Assembly (NCBI GenBank): GCA_034677965.1
Contig: JAXDCM010000100.1
Location: 5,115-69,114, forward strand
Reading direction: 5' to 3'
DNA from: Syntrophales bacterium
GTDB taxonomy: Bacteria > Desulfobacterota > Syntrophia > Syntrophales > UBA5619
DNA: 64,000 nt
How positions within the stretch are numbered: the stretch's first letter is position 1; each line of letters starts with the position of its first letter. A program made the translations under genes and the position numbers. The notes under the pieces were generated by a model, which did no database searches, had not been told where the DNA came from, and saw nothing but the letters and a program-made list of their open reading frames with translations. Shown piece after piece: positions 9,015 through 16,988 of this stretch.

Positions 9015-10946
9015 CTATGGTTTGCCGATCGACGGCAGGTGGGGGAAGTCATCCGCCATGTGCGGAATGAACAACGCAGAGGTGAACTCCTCCTGGAACG
9101 CATCGGCCAGCGTCAATTCGAGATATTCGACTTGCCGAGCCATCTCTTCGGCCTCGCGACGTTTGTCCCGGTTTAGCAACGCGATTCTTGCCCCGTCGCC
9201 TGCCGCATTTCCGACGGACGAGACGTGGCTGATTTCGCAATCGGGAAACATCCCGAGAAACATGGCCTCCGTCTTGTCGATATAGCTCCCGAAGGCGCCC
9301 GCCAGGACCACGCGCTCCAGTTTTTCGATACCCAATTTTTTCATCAACAGTTTTGCGCCGGCATAAAGCGCGCCTTTGGCGAGCTGGACGTTCCGGATGT
9401 CCTGCTGGCTGATCGTGATCGGTTTCGCCAGAGAGGTTTCGTCCGGCCATGCAATCACGAACTCAGGCTGCCCGTCGGTCGTCAAGATGCGAGACGTCGC
9501 GAGTCCGGTCCGAAAACGACCGCTTGGATCGATAACGCCTGCCCGGTAGAGTTCGGCCACCCCGTCGATGATTCCGGAGCCGCAGATCCCCAGCGCGCCG
9601 GTGATCCGAAACTCCGGCCGCCAGCGTTCCTCTCCGATGATTTTAAAAGAAACCTCGAACGTTTCGGGATCGACACGAATCCGCTCGATGGCGCCGGGCG
9701 CCGCCCTCATGCCGAACCGGATATGGGCTCCCTCCAGGGCGGGGCCGGTGGCGCAGGATGCGGAAAGGAGTCTCTCGCGGTTTCCCAGCAGCATCTCTCC
9801 ATTGGTTCCCACATCGATGATCAGCGTCATCTCCTCCCGGCGATAGGGTTCCTCCGAGATCAGCACCCCTACGTTGTCCGCGCCGACAAAACCGGCAATA
9901 ATGGGGAGGAAGTGGACGTTGGCGGCAGGGTTGGCCTTGAGACCGAGATCGCGCGCCTTGATGTCCAGACTGCGATGTACGGCGGGTGTAAAAGGAGAGA
10001 AGCCGAGCGCGCGCGGATCGATTCCAAGCAGCAAGTGGTGCATCACCGTGTTTCCGACAATTGTGATCTCGAGAATGTCGGCCGGGGAGAGGTCGTGATC
10101 CGCGGTCACGGTCCGGAGGAGATGGTTCAGGCCATCGATGATGACTCCACGCATCTTGTCCATGCCGTCCGGGTTGTCCATCACATAGCTGATCCGTGCG
10201 ATCACATCGTCGCCGAACGTGATTTGCGGGTTCATGAACGATTCGGTGCCGACGATCCGGCCGGTACGGAGACTGCACAGGTATCCGGCCACGGTGGTCG
10301 AACCCACGTCGATGGCAAGGCCGTAAGCCTCCTCAACCGCTCCCGGAAAGACGGCGAGGATCTCCTGTTCCATCCGGACAGCCGCCGTAACGGTCCATTT
10401 TCCTTGTCGGAGGGCGCCGGGAAGGGCGAGAAGGGCGGAATAGTCCACTTCCAACCGATGTAGGCCGAAATGTTCCGCAAGGGACTCCGACAACCGTTCG
10501 AAGTCCCCGAGCGGATGGTCCAGAGTCGGGGAGGGAAGCGTCACGGTGAAGAGACGGACGGCAGGGTTCAAATGGATTTTTTTGTCGGTTGCATCCTTTT
10601 TGACCACCTGATTGCCCGTTCGGCTCTGCTCCGGCACAAAGATCAGAACATCCCCCCGGATGGTTGCCGCACAGGCCAAACGGAAGCCCTGCGATCGGTC
10701 GTATTCGGTGAGGTTTTTTTTCTCCTCTTCGGTGATCGGAGAGAGATGATCGGATAATGAATGGATTCCATGCCGGTCAAGGTTTTTCGAATCGATCCTG
10801 ATTTTGCACTTGCCGCAGCTCTTCTTTCCACCGCAGACGGACTCGATTCCGACACCCAGGATCCGTGCAGCCTCCAGAATGGTTTTTCCTTCCGGGATTT
10901 CCCCTCTCCTGCCGGAGGGCTGAAAAATCACCTGACAGGTCTTCAT
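9015..10946 (-). CDS. reductive activator of corrinoid enzymes (RACo/AcsV-like): [2Fe-2S] ferredoxin domain plus ASKHA-type ATPase
   Basis: The N-terminus has a plant-type 2Fe-2S motif (CGGKKSCGKCKI..RLACA). The body has IDVGSTTVAGYL and IDVGTNGEM phosphate-binding-like loops. ATG 10946 has AAGGAG 8 nt upstream. Confidence 0.85.
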   Translation of the reverse strand: MKTCQVIFQPSGRRGEIPEGKTILEAARILGVGIESVCGGKKSCGKCKIRIDSKNLDRHGIHSLSDHLSPITEEEKKNLTEYDRSQGFRLACAATIRGDVLIFVPEQSRTGNQVVKKDATDKKIHLNPAVRLFTVTLPSPTLDHPLGDFERLSESLAEHFGLHRLEVDYSALLALPGALRQGKWTVTAAVRMEQEILAVFPGAVEEAYGLAIDVGSTTVAGYLCSLRTGRIVGTESFMNPQITFGDDVIARISYVMDNPDGMDKMRGVIIDGLNHLLRTVTADHDLSPADILEITIVGNTVMHHLLLGIDPRALGFSPFTPAVHRSLDIKARDLGLKANPAANVHFLPIIAGFVGADNVGVLISEEPYRREEMTLIIDVGTNGEMLLGNRERLLSASCATGPALEGAHIRFGMRAAPGAIERIRVDPETFEVSFKIIGEERWRPEFRITGALGICGSGIIDGVAELYRAGVIDPSGRFRTGLATSRILTTDGQPEFVIAWPDETSLAKPITISQQDIRNVQLAKGALYAGAKLLMKKLGIEKLERVVLAGAFGSYIDKTEAMFLGMFPDCEISHVSSVGNAAGDGARIALLNRDKRREAEEMARQVEYLELTLADAFQEEFTSALFIPHMADDFPHLPSIGKP

Positions 10947-11209
10947 TTTTCGGTCTCCTTTATCCCCATGCGTTGCCTCCGAGACTGCGAACCCCATGGA
11001 TATCCGTCGTTACCGTAATTGTCGCTCGCTTAATCATGAACAAACGGCCGCCGTCAAGGTAAAAAAATCAGATGATCCCATTGGCGGCCCTACTTGGAGA
11101 GAAGAAGTTTCCTGACAGTTCGAAAACTTCCTCGGTAAATAAAGCCGTTATTCTTGCTTTGCGCGAAATGGATATGCTAAAATTATTTTGAACGTGAGCG
11201 CACCCTATC

Positions 11210-12007
11210 ATGGAAAGCCGTAAAATATCCGACAAGCCGGGATCCCCGAAAAAAAGGCGCCCCGGAAAAGATCTTGCCCGGGACATCGATCTCTATCACG
11301 AGGACCGCTTGGCGACTCTGGGGATGATGGCGGCGGGGATCGCACATGAATTGAACCAGCCGCTCAACACCATCCGGGTTGTGACGGACGGGTTTCTGTT
11401 CGGTCGCAGCGAGGGGTGGCCGCTCGATCCCGCAGAACTCTTCGACGGGTTGGAGATGATTTCCCGACAGGTGGCCAGGATGGATAAGGTGATCCGGAAT
11501 ATCCGGAATTTTGCCCGGGAAGGACGCGATTTCGAGGGCGAGTCCGTAAGGGTCAACGAGGCGATCGAAAATGTCTTCTCCATGATCGGCCGTCAGATCG
11601 AGGCCCACGGGATCCGCGTGGAGAAGGATCTGGATCCGGAGCTTCCGCGGACACGGGCTTCCCTCAACGGGCTAGAGCAGGTGGTGATGAACCTGATCGT
11701 CAACGCACGCCAGGCGCTCGATGAAAGCGCCGTCGATCCGAAGAGGCTGTGGATCCGAACGGAAAGCCGGGAGGGTACGATCCGGATCGAAGTGAGCGAC
11801 AACGGCGGCGGCGTTCCAAAGCACCTTCTGGAACGGATCTTCGATCCGTTCTTCACGACCAAAACCGCCGGCAAGGGGACAGGGCTGGGACTGAGCATCA
11901 GCCAGTCCATCATCAGCCGGTTCGGCGGCCGGATCGAAGTTCACAACAATGAAAACGGCGGCGCAACCTTTCTGGTCACCGTCCCCGCCGGGGAGGTCCT
12001 GTCTTGA
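11210..12007 (+). CDS. histidine kinase lacking any sensor domain (DHp + HATPase only)
   Basis: H box AGIAHELNQPL, N box VMNLIVNARQA, G1 DNGGGVP and G2 GKGTGLGLS. Only about 35 residues precede the H-box helix, and no TM or PAS segment is visible. Confidence 0.85.
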   Translation: MESRKISDKPGSPKKRRPGKDLARDIDLYHEDRLATLGMMAAGIAHELNQPLNTIRVVTDGFLFGRSEGWPLDPAELFDGLEMISRQVARMDKVIRNIRNFAREGRDFEGESVRVNEAIENVFSMIGRQIEAHGIRVEKDLDPELPRTRASLNGLEQVVMNLIVNARQALDESAVDPKRLWIRTESREGTIRIEVSDNGGGVPKHLLERIFDPFFTTKTAGKGTGLGLSISQSIISRFGGRIEVHNNENGGATFLVTVPAGEVLS

Positions 12008-13452
12008 ACATCCTGCTGGTGGACGATGAGGCGGACGTCCGTATAAGCATCTCCCGTTTTCTGGAGAAGCTCGGTCATGTCGTGACCTGTGCGGCAGACG
12101 GCATGGAGGCGCTGCGGGAATTCCACTTGCGGGAAATCAACCTCGTCATCACCGATATCCGGATGCCCGAAATCGACGGACTGGAGTTCCTCCGGAGGAT
12201 CAAGGTGATCGAGAAATCGCCCGTGGACGTCATCGTTGTGACCGGCCATGGGGATACAACCAGCGCGATCCGGGCGCTCAAGTACGGTGCCTTCGATTAT
12301 CTTCAGAAACCGATCGATGTCCGGGAGCTGGCCATCGTAATCGAACGTTCCGCGGCCTATCTGACCCTGCGCAACAACTACCGGCATCTGAAACAGGAAT
12401 TTCAGGAGCGGGTCCACAGCGAAACGCAGGCCGTTCGGGGAGAGGTGGAACGGCTCCGGGAAGCCTATCTGGAAGAGGTCGGACTGGACGGTCTCGGCGT
12501 CTATTCCGACGCGATGTGCCGGGTGGTCGCCCATGCGGAAAAATACAGCACGGACCGGGATATCCCGGTCCTGATCGAAGGGGAAAGCGGCACCGGCAAG
12601 GAACTGATCGCGCGGTATATCCATTTTTTCGGAGCAGGCAGCGCCATTCTCCCTTTCGTGGCGATCAACTGCGGCGCCATCAGTCAGGAACTCTTCGAAG
12701 GGGAGCTTTTCGGCCACGATCCCGGCGCCTATACGGGCGCCACCACACGTGGACAGATCGGAAAGATTGAGGCAGCCAACGGCGGAACGCTTTTCCTCGA
12801 CGAAATCGGCGAACTGCCGCCGGGCGTCCAGGTCAAACTCCTTCGGGTCCTTGAAGACAAAAAACTCTACCGACTCGGCAGCATCAAGGAAATTCCGGTG
12901 GATATCCGGATCATCTCCGCTACGAACAAGGACCTGCATCGGGAAGTGGAGGCAAAACGGTTTCGCCTCGATCTCTTCTACCGGGTGAACATGGGTCATA
13001 TCCGGATTCCCCCCCTCCGGGAAAGACAGGAGGATATCCAGCCGCTGGCGATCCGGTTTGCGGAGAGGGCCGCCCGTCGTCGGGGACTGAAGTTCGGAGG
13101 CTTCACACCGGCGGCGGAGAAGTTTCTGCACTCCTTTGACTGGCCGGGAAATGTCCGGCAACTCAAAAACGCGATGGAACGGCTGGTCTTGATGCAGGTT
13201 TCGGACCGCGCGGATCTGGAGGACTTGGCCTTCATCCGCGACGACGCGACCGTACCCGAAAAACCGGCAGCGGTCGCGCCCATTCCGGCGGACGGGGATT
13301 TTAAACTACCGGAAGCGGGGTTGGACATCGAGGCGTTCAACCGAAAGATCATCCGGATGGCGCTGGAAAAGCACGGGGGCAACCGCACCAAAACGGCGAA
13401 TTATCTGGGGATCTCGCGGCGGGTGCTGGAGGGACGTTTGAAAAAACTATGA
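12004..13452 (+). CDS. sigma-54-dependent response regulator (NtrC family: REC + AAA+ + Fis HTH)
   Basis: REC domain (ILLVDDE, ITDIRMP), Walker A GESGTGKE, a GAFTGA-like loop (DPGAYTGA), and a C-terminal HTH (RTKTANYLGISRRVLEGRLKK). The TTG start overlaps the kinase stop (TTGA). Confidence 0.9.
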   Translation: MNILLVDDEADVRISISRFLEKLGHVVTCAADGMEALREFHLREINLVITDIRMPEIDGLEFLRRIKVIEKSPVDVIVVTGHGDTTSAIRALKYGAFDYLQKPIDVRELAIVIERSAAYLTLRNNYRHLKQEFQERVHSETQAVRGEVERLREAYLEEVGLDGLGVYSDAMCRVVAHAEKYSTDRDIPVLIEGESGTGKELIARYIHFFGAGSAILPFVAINCGAISQELFEGELFGHDPGAYTGATTRGQIGKIEAANGGTLFLDEIGELPPGVQVKLLRVLEDKKLYRLGSIKEIPVDIRIISATNKDLHREVEAKRFRLDLFYRVNMGHIRIPPLRERQEDIQPLAIRFAERAARRRGLKFGGFTPAAEKFLHSFDWPGNVRQLKNAMERLVLMQVSDRADLEDLAFIRDDATVPEKPAAVAPIPADGDFKLPEAGLDIEAFNRKIIRMALEKHGGNRTKTANYLGISRRVLEGRLKKL

Positions 13453-13456
13453 GCGG

Positions 13457-13497
13457 AATGCCGGGGGATTTTTATGAAGAACGAAGCCCCCGGCATT
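13457..13497. terminator. stem-loop between convergent genes (possible bidirectional terminator)
   Basis: Perfect 11-bp stem AATGCCGGGGG / CCCCCGGCATT with a 19-nt loop, sitting between the regulator stop (13452) and the MFS stop (13519). No clear U-tract on either side. Confidence 0.45.
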
Positions 13498-13518
13498 GAA
13501 GTCGGTTCTATTGAGCCG

Positions 13519-14853
13519 TCACCCCTTTTTCCCCTCGGGCGGCTTGACGATCCAGACCAGGATCATCGATGCCAGGCACATCACCCCGGCAATGATGAAG
13601 GAGGCGATGTAATTCCCCGCCGGGTATTTGCCCGTCGAGACGACGCCCGCCGCCAGGCTTTCGAACGGAACCTCCTGGACCACTCTCATCAGTTTTGGGG
13701 CGATCCAGGGGCCGAACAGACCTGCCATCCCGTAGGCCATGAACATGCAGCCGTAGTTCACCCCCATGTTCTTCGTTCCGAAATAGTCCGCCGTCAGCGC
13801 GGGATAGACCCCCAGGAAACCCCCGAAGCAGAAGCCGACCGACATCACGCCGATGAGGAACAGCGGGAACGAGGTGAGCCAGTTCAACGCAAGCATGACC
13901 ACGCCGCTGTAAAGGAACATGATGTAGAGCGTGTTTTTCCGTCCGATGCTGTCCGAGACCTTCCCCCAGAGGATGCGTCCCAACGCGTTCATCACCGAGA
14001 TCGCCATGACGGCGGTGGTCCCTTTGGTCAGGATTTCCAGGTAGGTGTCCTTCGGGATGGTCGGAAACTGCTGGACGAGGCTCAGGATGGAGAAGGACTG
14101 CCAGATGTTGACCGTGTTCATGATGATCAGGAAGCCGGCGGAGCATCCCGCGAAGTAGGTGATCCAGAGCAGCCAGAAACGGGAGGTCTTGATCATCTCC
14201 TGCCACGTGTAATCGACACCGACGCAAGCCCCCTTAGCGCCGGTCGCGGCCGGCGGCGTCCAACCGGGGGGACAATAGCCGGCAGGAGGATTGATCATGA
14301 ACTGTGCGCCGATCATGACGATGACGAAAAAGATGATGCCCAGATAGAGGAAGGTGTTCATGACGCCGACGGAGAGGATCAGCGATTTTGCCACCGGGGC
14401 GAAGACAAGACCGCCGCCGCCGAAACCGGCAACCGCCAGGCCTGAGATGAGGCCGCGCTTGTCCGGGAACCATTTGACGCAGGTCGCGATCGGGCAGACA
14501 TAGGCGGTGCCGATCCCGAGGCCGCCGATGATCCCGAAGCCGAGCGTGAACAGGAACAGGCTGTTCGAGTAGGAGGCGAGCAGAAGGCCGAGACCGAGGA
14601 GGACGGCCCCGGACATGGCGACATAGCGCGGTCCGATCCGGTCCTGTACGCGGCCGGCAAAGATCGTTGCCAGGCCGAAGAAGAGCAGAACCAGCATGGA
14701 CGGGAGAGCCAGGTCGGTGTTGCTCCAGTCGGGAAAGCGGGCCTTGAGGCCGGGTTTGAAGACGCTGTAGATGTAGATGGCGCCGAGACTGACCTGGATC
14801 AGCAGTGCACCGACGACGATGAGCCAACGATTGAACGTTTTCCCGCCTTCCAT
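13519..14853 (-). CDS. MFS transporter, oxalate/formate antiporter (OFA) family
   Basis: 444 aa with 12 hydrophobic spans. The N-terminus NRWLIVVGALLIQVSLGAIYIYSVF is typical of the OFA family. AAGGAGG SD upstream of ATG 14853. Confidence 0.85.
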   Translation of the reverse strand: MEGGKTFNRWLIVVGALLIQVSLGAIYIYSVFKPGLKARFPDWSNTDLALPSMLVLLFFGLATIFAGRVQDRIGPRYVAMSGAVLLGLGLLLASYSNSLFLFTLGFGIIGGLGIGTAYVCPIATCVKWFPDKRGLISGLAVAGFGGGGLVFAPVAKSLILSVGVMNTFLYLGIIFFVIVMIGAQFMINPPAGYCPPGWTPPAATGAKGACVGVDYTWQEMIKTSRFWLLWITYFAGCSAGFLIIMNTVNIWQSFSILSLVQQFPTIPKDTYLEILTKGTTAVMAISVMNALGRILWGKVSDSIGRKNTLYIMFLYSGVVMLALNWLTSFPLFLIGVMSVGFCFGGFLGVYPALTADYFGTKNMGVNYGCMFMAYGMAGLFGPWIAPKLMRVVQEVPFESLAAGVVSTGKYPAGNYIASFIIAGVMCLASMILVWIVKPPEGKKG

Positions 14854-14904
14854 AGAGAAACCTCCTTTTTTTTCGGGCTCCTTAGCACGTTATGCCGGAA
14901 ATGT

Positions 14905-15471
14905 CTAACCCAATGTCCGCAGGTCTTCCGGGGTGTTCACGTTCAGGAACATCCTTCCCTCCGGATCGAAGGAATGAATGATCTCCGGGGATAGCTTCAG
15001 GAGACGGTGTGACGGATAAAAACCTGTGACCTTGAGCCGGTTCCGATCGAGCAGACCACGGATGACCGGCAGGCAGCGACGCGCATAGACGGCATGGAGA
15101 GGCTGAAGGCCGTCGGGCGTGGCCGGAACGACGATGTCATACCCGGAGGACCGCCGGGACATGTAGTCGAGAAAAGAGCGGTTCAGGAAGGGCATGTCGC
15201 AGGCTGAGACGAACATATGCTCCCCCCGGGCGAAAAAAAGACCGGTGTAGATCCCCCCGAGGGCGCCTTTGTCCGGAAGGATGTCGGTGACGATCACAGC
15301 CGGCTGATCGAGATAATCCGTCGGGTCTGTCGTGACGATGATCACCTCTTTGAAAATCGATCGAAAGAGGCGGACCGTACGGTCGATCAATCGTTCGCCG
15401 TTTATCGCGAGAAAGGCCTTGTTTTCGCCCATCCGCCGGTTTTTGCCGCCCGAAAGGATTACCCCCGTCAT
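14905..15471 (-). CDS. mobA: molybdenum cofactor guanylyltransferase
   Basis: 188 aa with an N-terminal GVILSGGKNRRMGENKAF nucleotide-binding loop and a MobA-like layout. Confidence 0.8.
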   Translation of the reverse strand: MTGVILSGGKNRRMGENKAFLAINGERLIDRTVRLFRSIFKEVIIVTTDPTDYLDQPAVIVTDILPDKGALGGIYTGLFFARGEHMFVSACDMPFLNRSFLDYMSRRSSGYDIVVPATPDGLQPLHAVYARRCLPVIRGLLDRNRLKVTGFYPSHRLLKLSPEIIHSFDPEGRMFLNVNTPEDLRTLG

Positions 15472-15769
15472 GACCGTTTCCCTTTATTCCTGAGTTCGCG
15501 ACAGCGTTCGTCCTGGATTGACGTTCTGCCCGGATCCGCCTCCGGGCGGAGGGGAGCATGCATCGGCAACGATTCATATCTTGCCCATAGCGATTTCGCA
15601 ACTTTTTTTGTAAAAGAATCAATTTTAACATCCATATGATTGACATAGGCGTCCGTTATGCCTATGTTTATAATCAAAAGCCCAGCAGAGGCATGATGAT
15701 CTTTTTGCACCGTTGCAAAGACTACCCGGCGCCCCTCTCGGGCTGTGGAACGGACAGGGAAACATTGGT

Positions 15770-16309
15770 ATGAAACCTTTTCGCATTCATCGCTATGCTA
15801 AGCCCGGACAGTACCGGCTGGCGGAGATCTTTCCCGATATCCGGAGCCGCGATGTTTTATCCGATATCTTTACCGGACCGGAAGAGATCGAGGATGTAAT
15901 CGAAAAGACCAGGGTGGTTGTGGCGGACATGCCCCATGAGATGTTTGTAAGCAATGATGACGGCTCCATAACGATCGGTCTGGCCCATCTATCTCAAGCC
16001 TCGGACCAGTTCCTCTATCTGGACATCATTCATGAGCTGTGCCATGTCAAACAACAAATGGAGGGACGCAACCTGTACGACCGGAGCAAGGCCTATGTGG
16101 ACCGTGAAACCGAAATCGATGCGTACCGGCTGACTGTCCGGGAAGCGAGACGGATCGGTCTGGATGATGAAGAGATCGCCAATTATCTCCGCGTTTCGTG
16201 GATTACGCAAAAGGAGCACCAACGGTTGATCCATACGCTGGGCGTGGTTTTCAAGCCGTCCCCTGTTGGAAAGGGCAGCCCGACCACGGATCCTTCAGAG
16301 GATGGATGA
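15770..16309 (+). CDS. hypothetical protein with HExxH zinc-metallohydrolase motif
   Basis: HELCH, followed 21-23 residues later by acidic residues (DRETEID), which is gluzincin-like spacing. ATG 15770 is preferred over the ORF-track start at 15713. Confidence 0.55.
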   Translation: MKPFRIHRYAKPGQYRLAEIFPDIRSRDVLSDIFTGPEEIEDVIEKTRVVVADMPHEMFVSNDDGSITIGLAHLSQASDQFLYLDIIHELCHVKQQMEGRNLYDRSKAYVDRETEIDAYRLTVREARRIGLDDEEIANYLRVSWITQKEHQRLIHTLGVVFKPSPVGKGSPTTDPSEDG

Positions 16310-16375
16310 CGCTTTTCGGGATTGGTTAGCCATGAAAATCAAAGGCTCCATAGAATGGGAGGTGGGAAATCAGAA

Positions 16376-16819
16376 ATGGACGTTCTGGAAACGATACATT
16401 CCCTGATTCGCACGAACGACGTCTGCGTGCTTTCGACGGTTTTTGAGGGGAAACCCCATTGCTCTCTGATGTCCTACGTCGTCGACGACGAATGTCGGGA
16501 GTTCTACATGATCACGCGGCCGGGATCGATGAAGTATCGGAATCTCGAACAAAACGGTTCGGTCAGTCTGCTGATCGATAGCCGGGAGCAGGAACCGGAC
16601 GGCAGACGGGAGGGGATACGGGCCCTGACCGTAAGCGGTGAGTTTCGGAAGATCGCCGACGGGAAAAAGGAAAAGGAGATCCTGGCCCTGCTGCTCGACA
16701 GGAATCCGCACCTGCGGGAGTTTGCCGAAAAAGGCGCAGCCAGTGTATTTGCGGTTTGCGTGAAATCTTTTCAGCTTCTCGAAGGGGTGGACCGCTCCCA
16801 TTTCGTGGAGGTTCAATAG
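16376..16819 (+). CDS. pyridoxamine 5'-phosphate oxidase-family (FMN-binding split barrel) protein
   Basis: The pattern VCVLSTVFEGKPHCSLMSYV..MKYRNLEQNGSVSLLID is typical of PNPOx-like split-barrel proteins. GGGAGGTGGG lies upstream of ATG 16376. Confidence 0.7.
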   Translation: MDVLETIHSLIRTNDVCVLSTVFEGKPHCSLMSYVVDDECREFYMITRPGSMKYRNLEQNGSVSLLIDSREQEPDGRREGIRALTVSGEFRKIADGKKEKEILALLLDRNPHLREFAEKGAASVFAVCVKSFQLLEGVDRSHFVEVQ

Positions 16820-16988
16820 GGGATTGGGGAATGCTGTTATGGTGAAGTGCCTCTGTCTTTGCAGGGTCAATCCCGTTTATCTATCCCGTTCATTTTCCTT
16901 GACATCCGAACACCCTTTCCCTATCCTCTGATCGATAAATCCATAATGAATCTAAAGGGTATCATATGCATCGGAAGGAGCCAAACCC

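Noticed and set aside
8825-9103. 92-codon minus-strand ORF overlapping the 3' end of the activator gene
   Set aside because: It overlaps a confident CDS, has no SD and has low third-position GC. Only the sub-ORF from ATG 9010 is mentioned, as a weak possibility, in the spacer finding.
13508-14827. Alternative-frame minus-strand ORFs (239 aa and 197 aa) within the OFA transporter gene
   Set aside because: They are on the same strand but out of frame with a 12-span MFS protein that has a strong SD. Their translations are Arg/Pro/Gly-rich frameshift-type sequence.
14854-14904. Sigma-54 promoter in front of the OFA transporter (GGCATAACGTGCT on the minus strand)
   Set aside because: The register between the GG and GC dinucleotides is two nucleotides shorter than the sigma-54 consensus requires.
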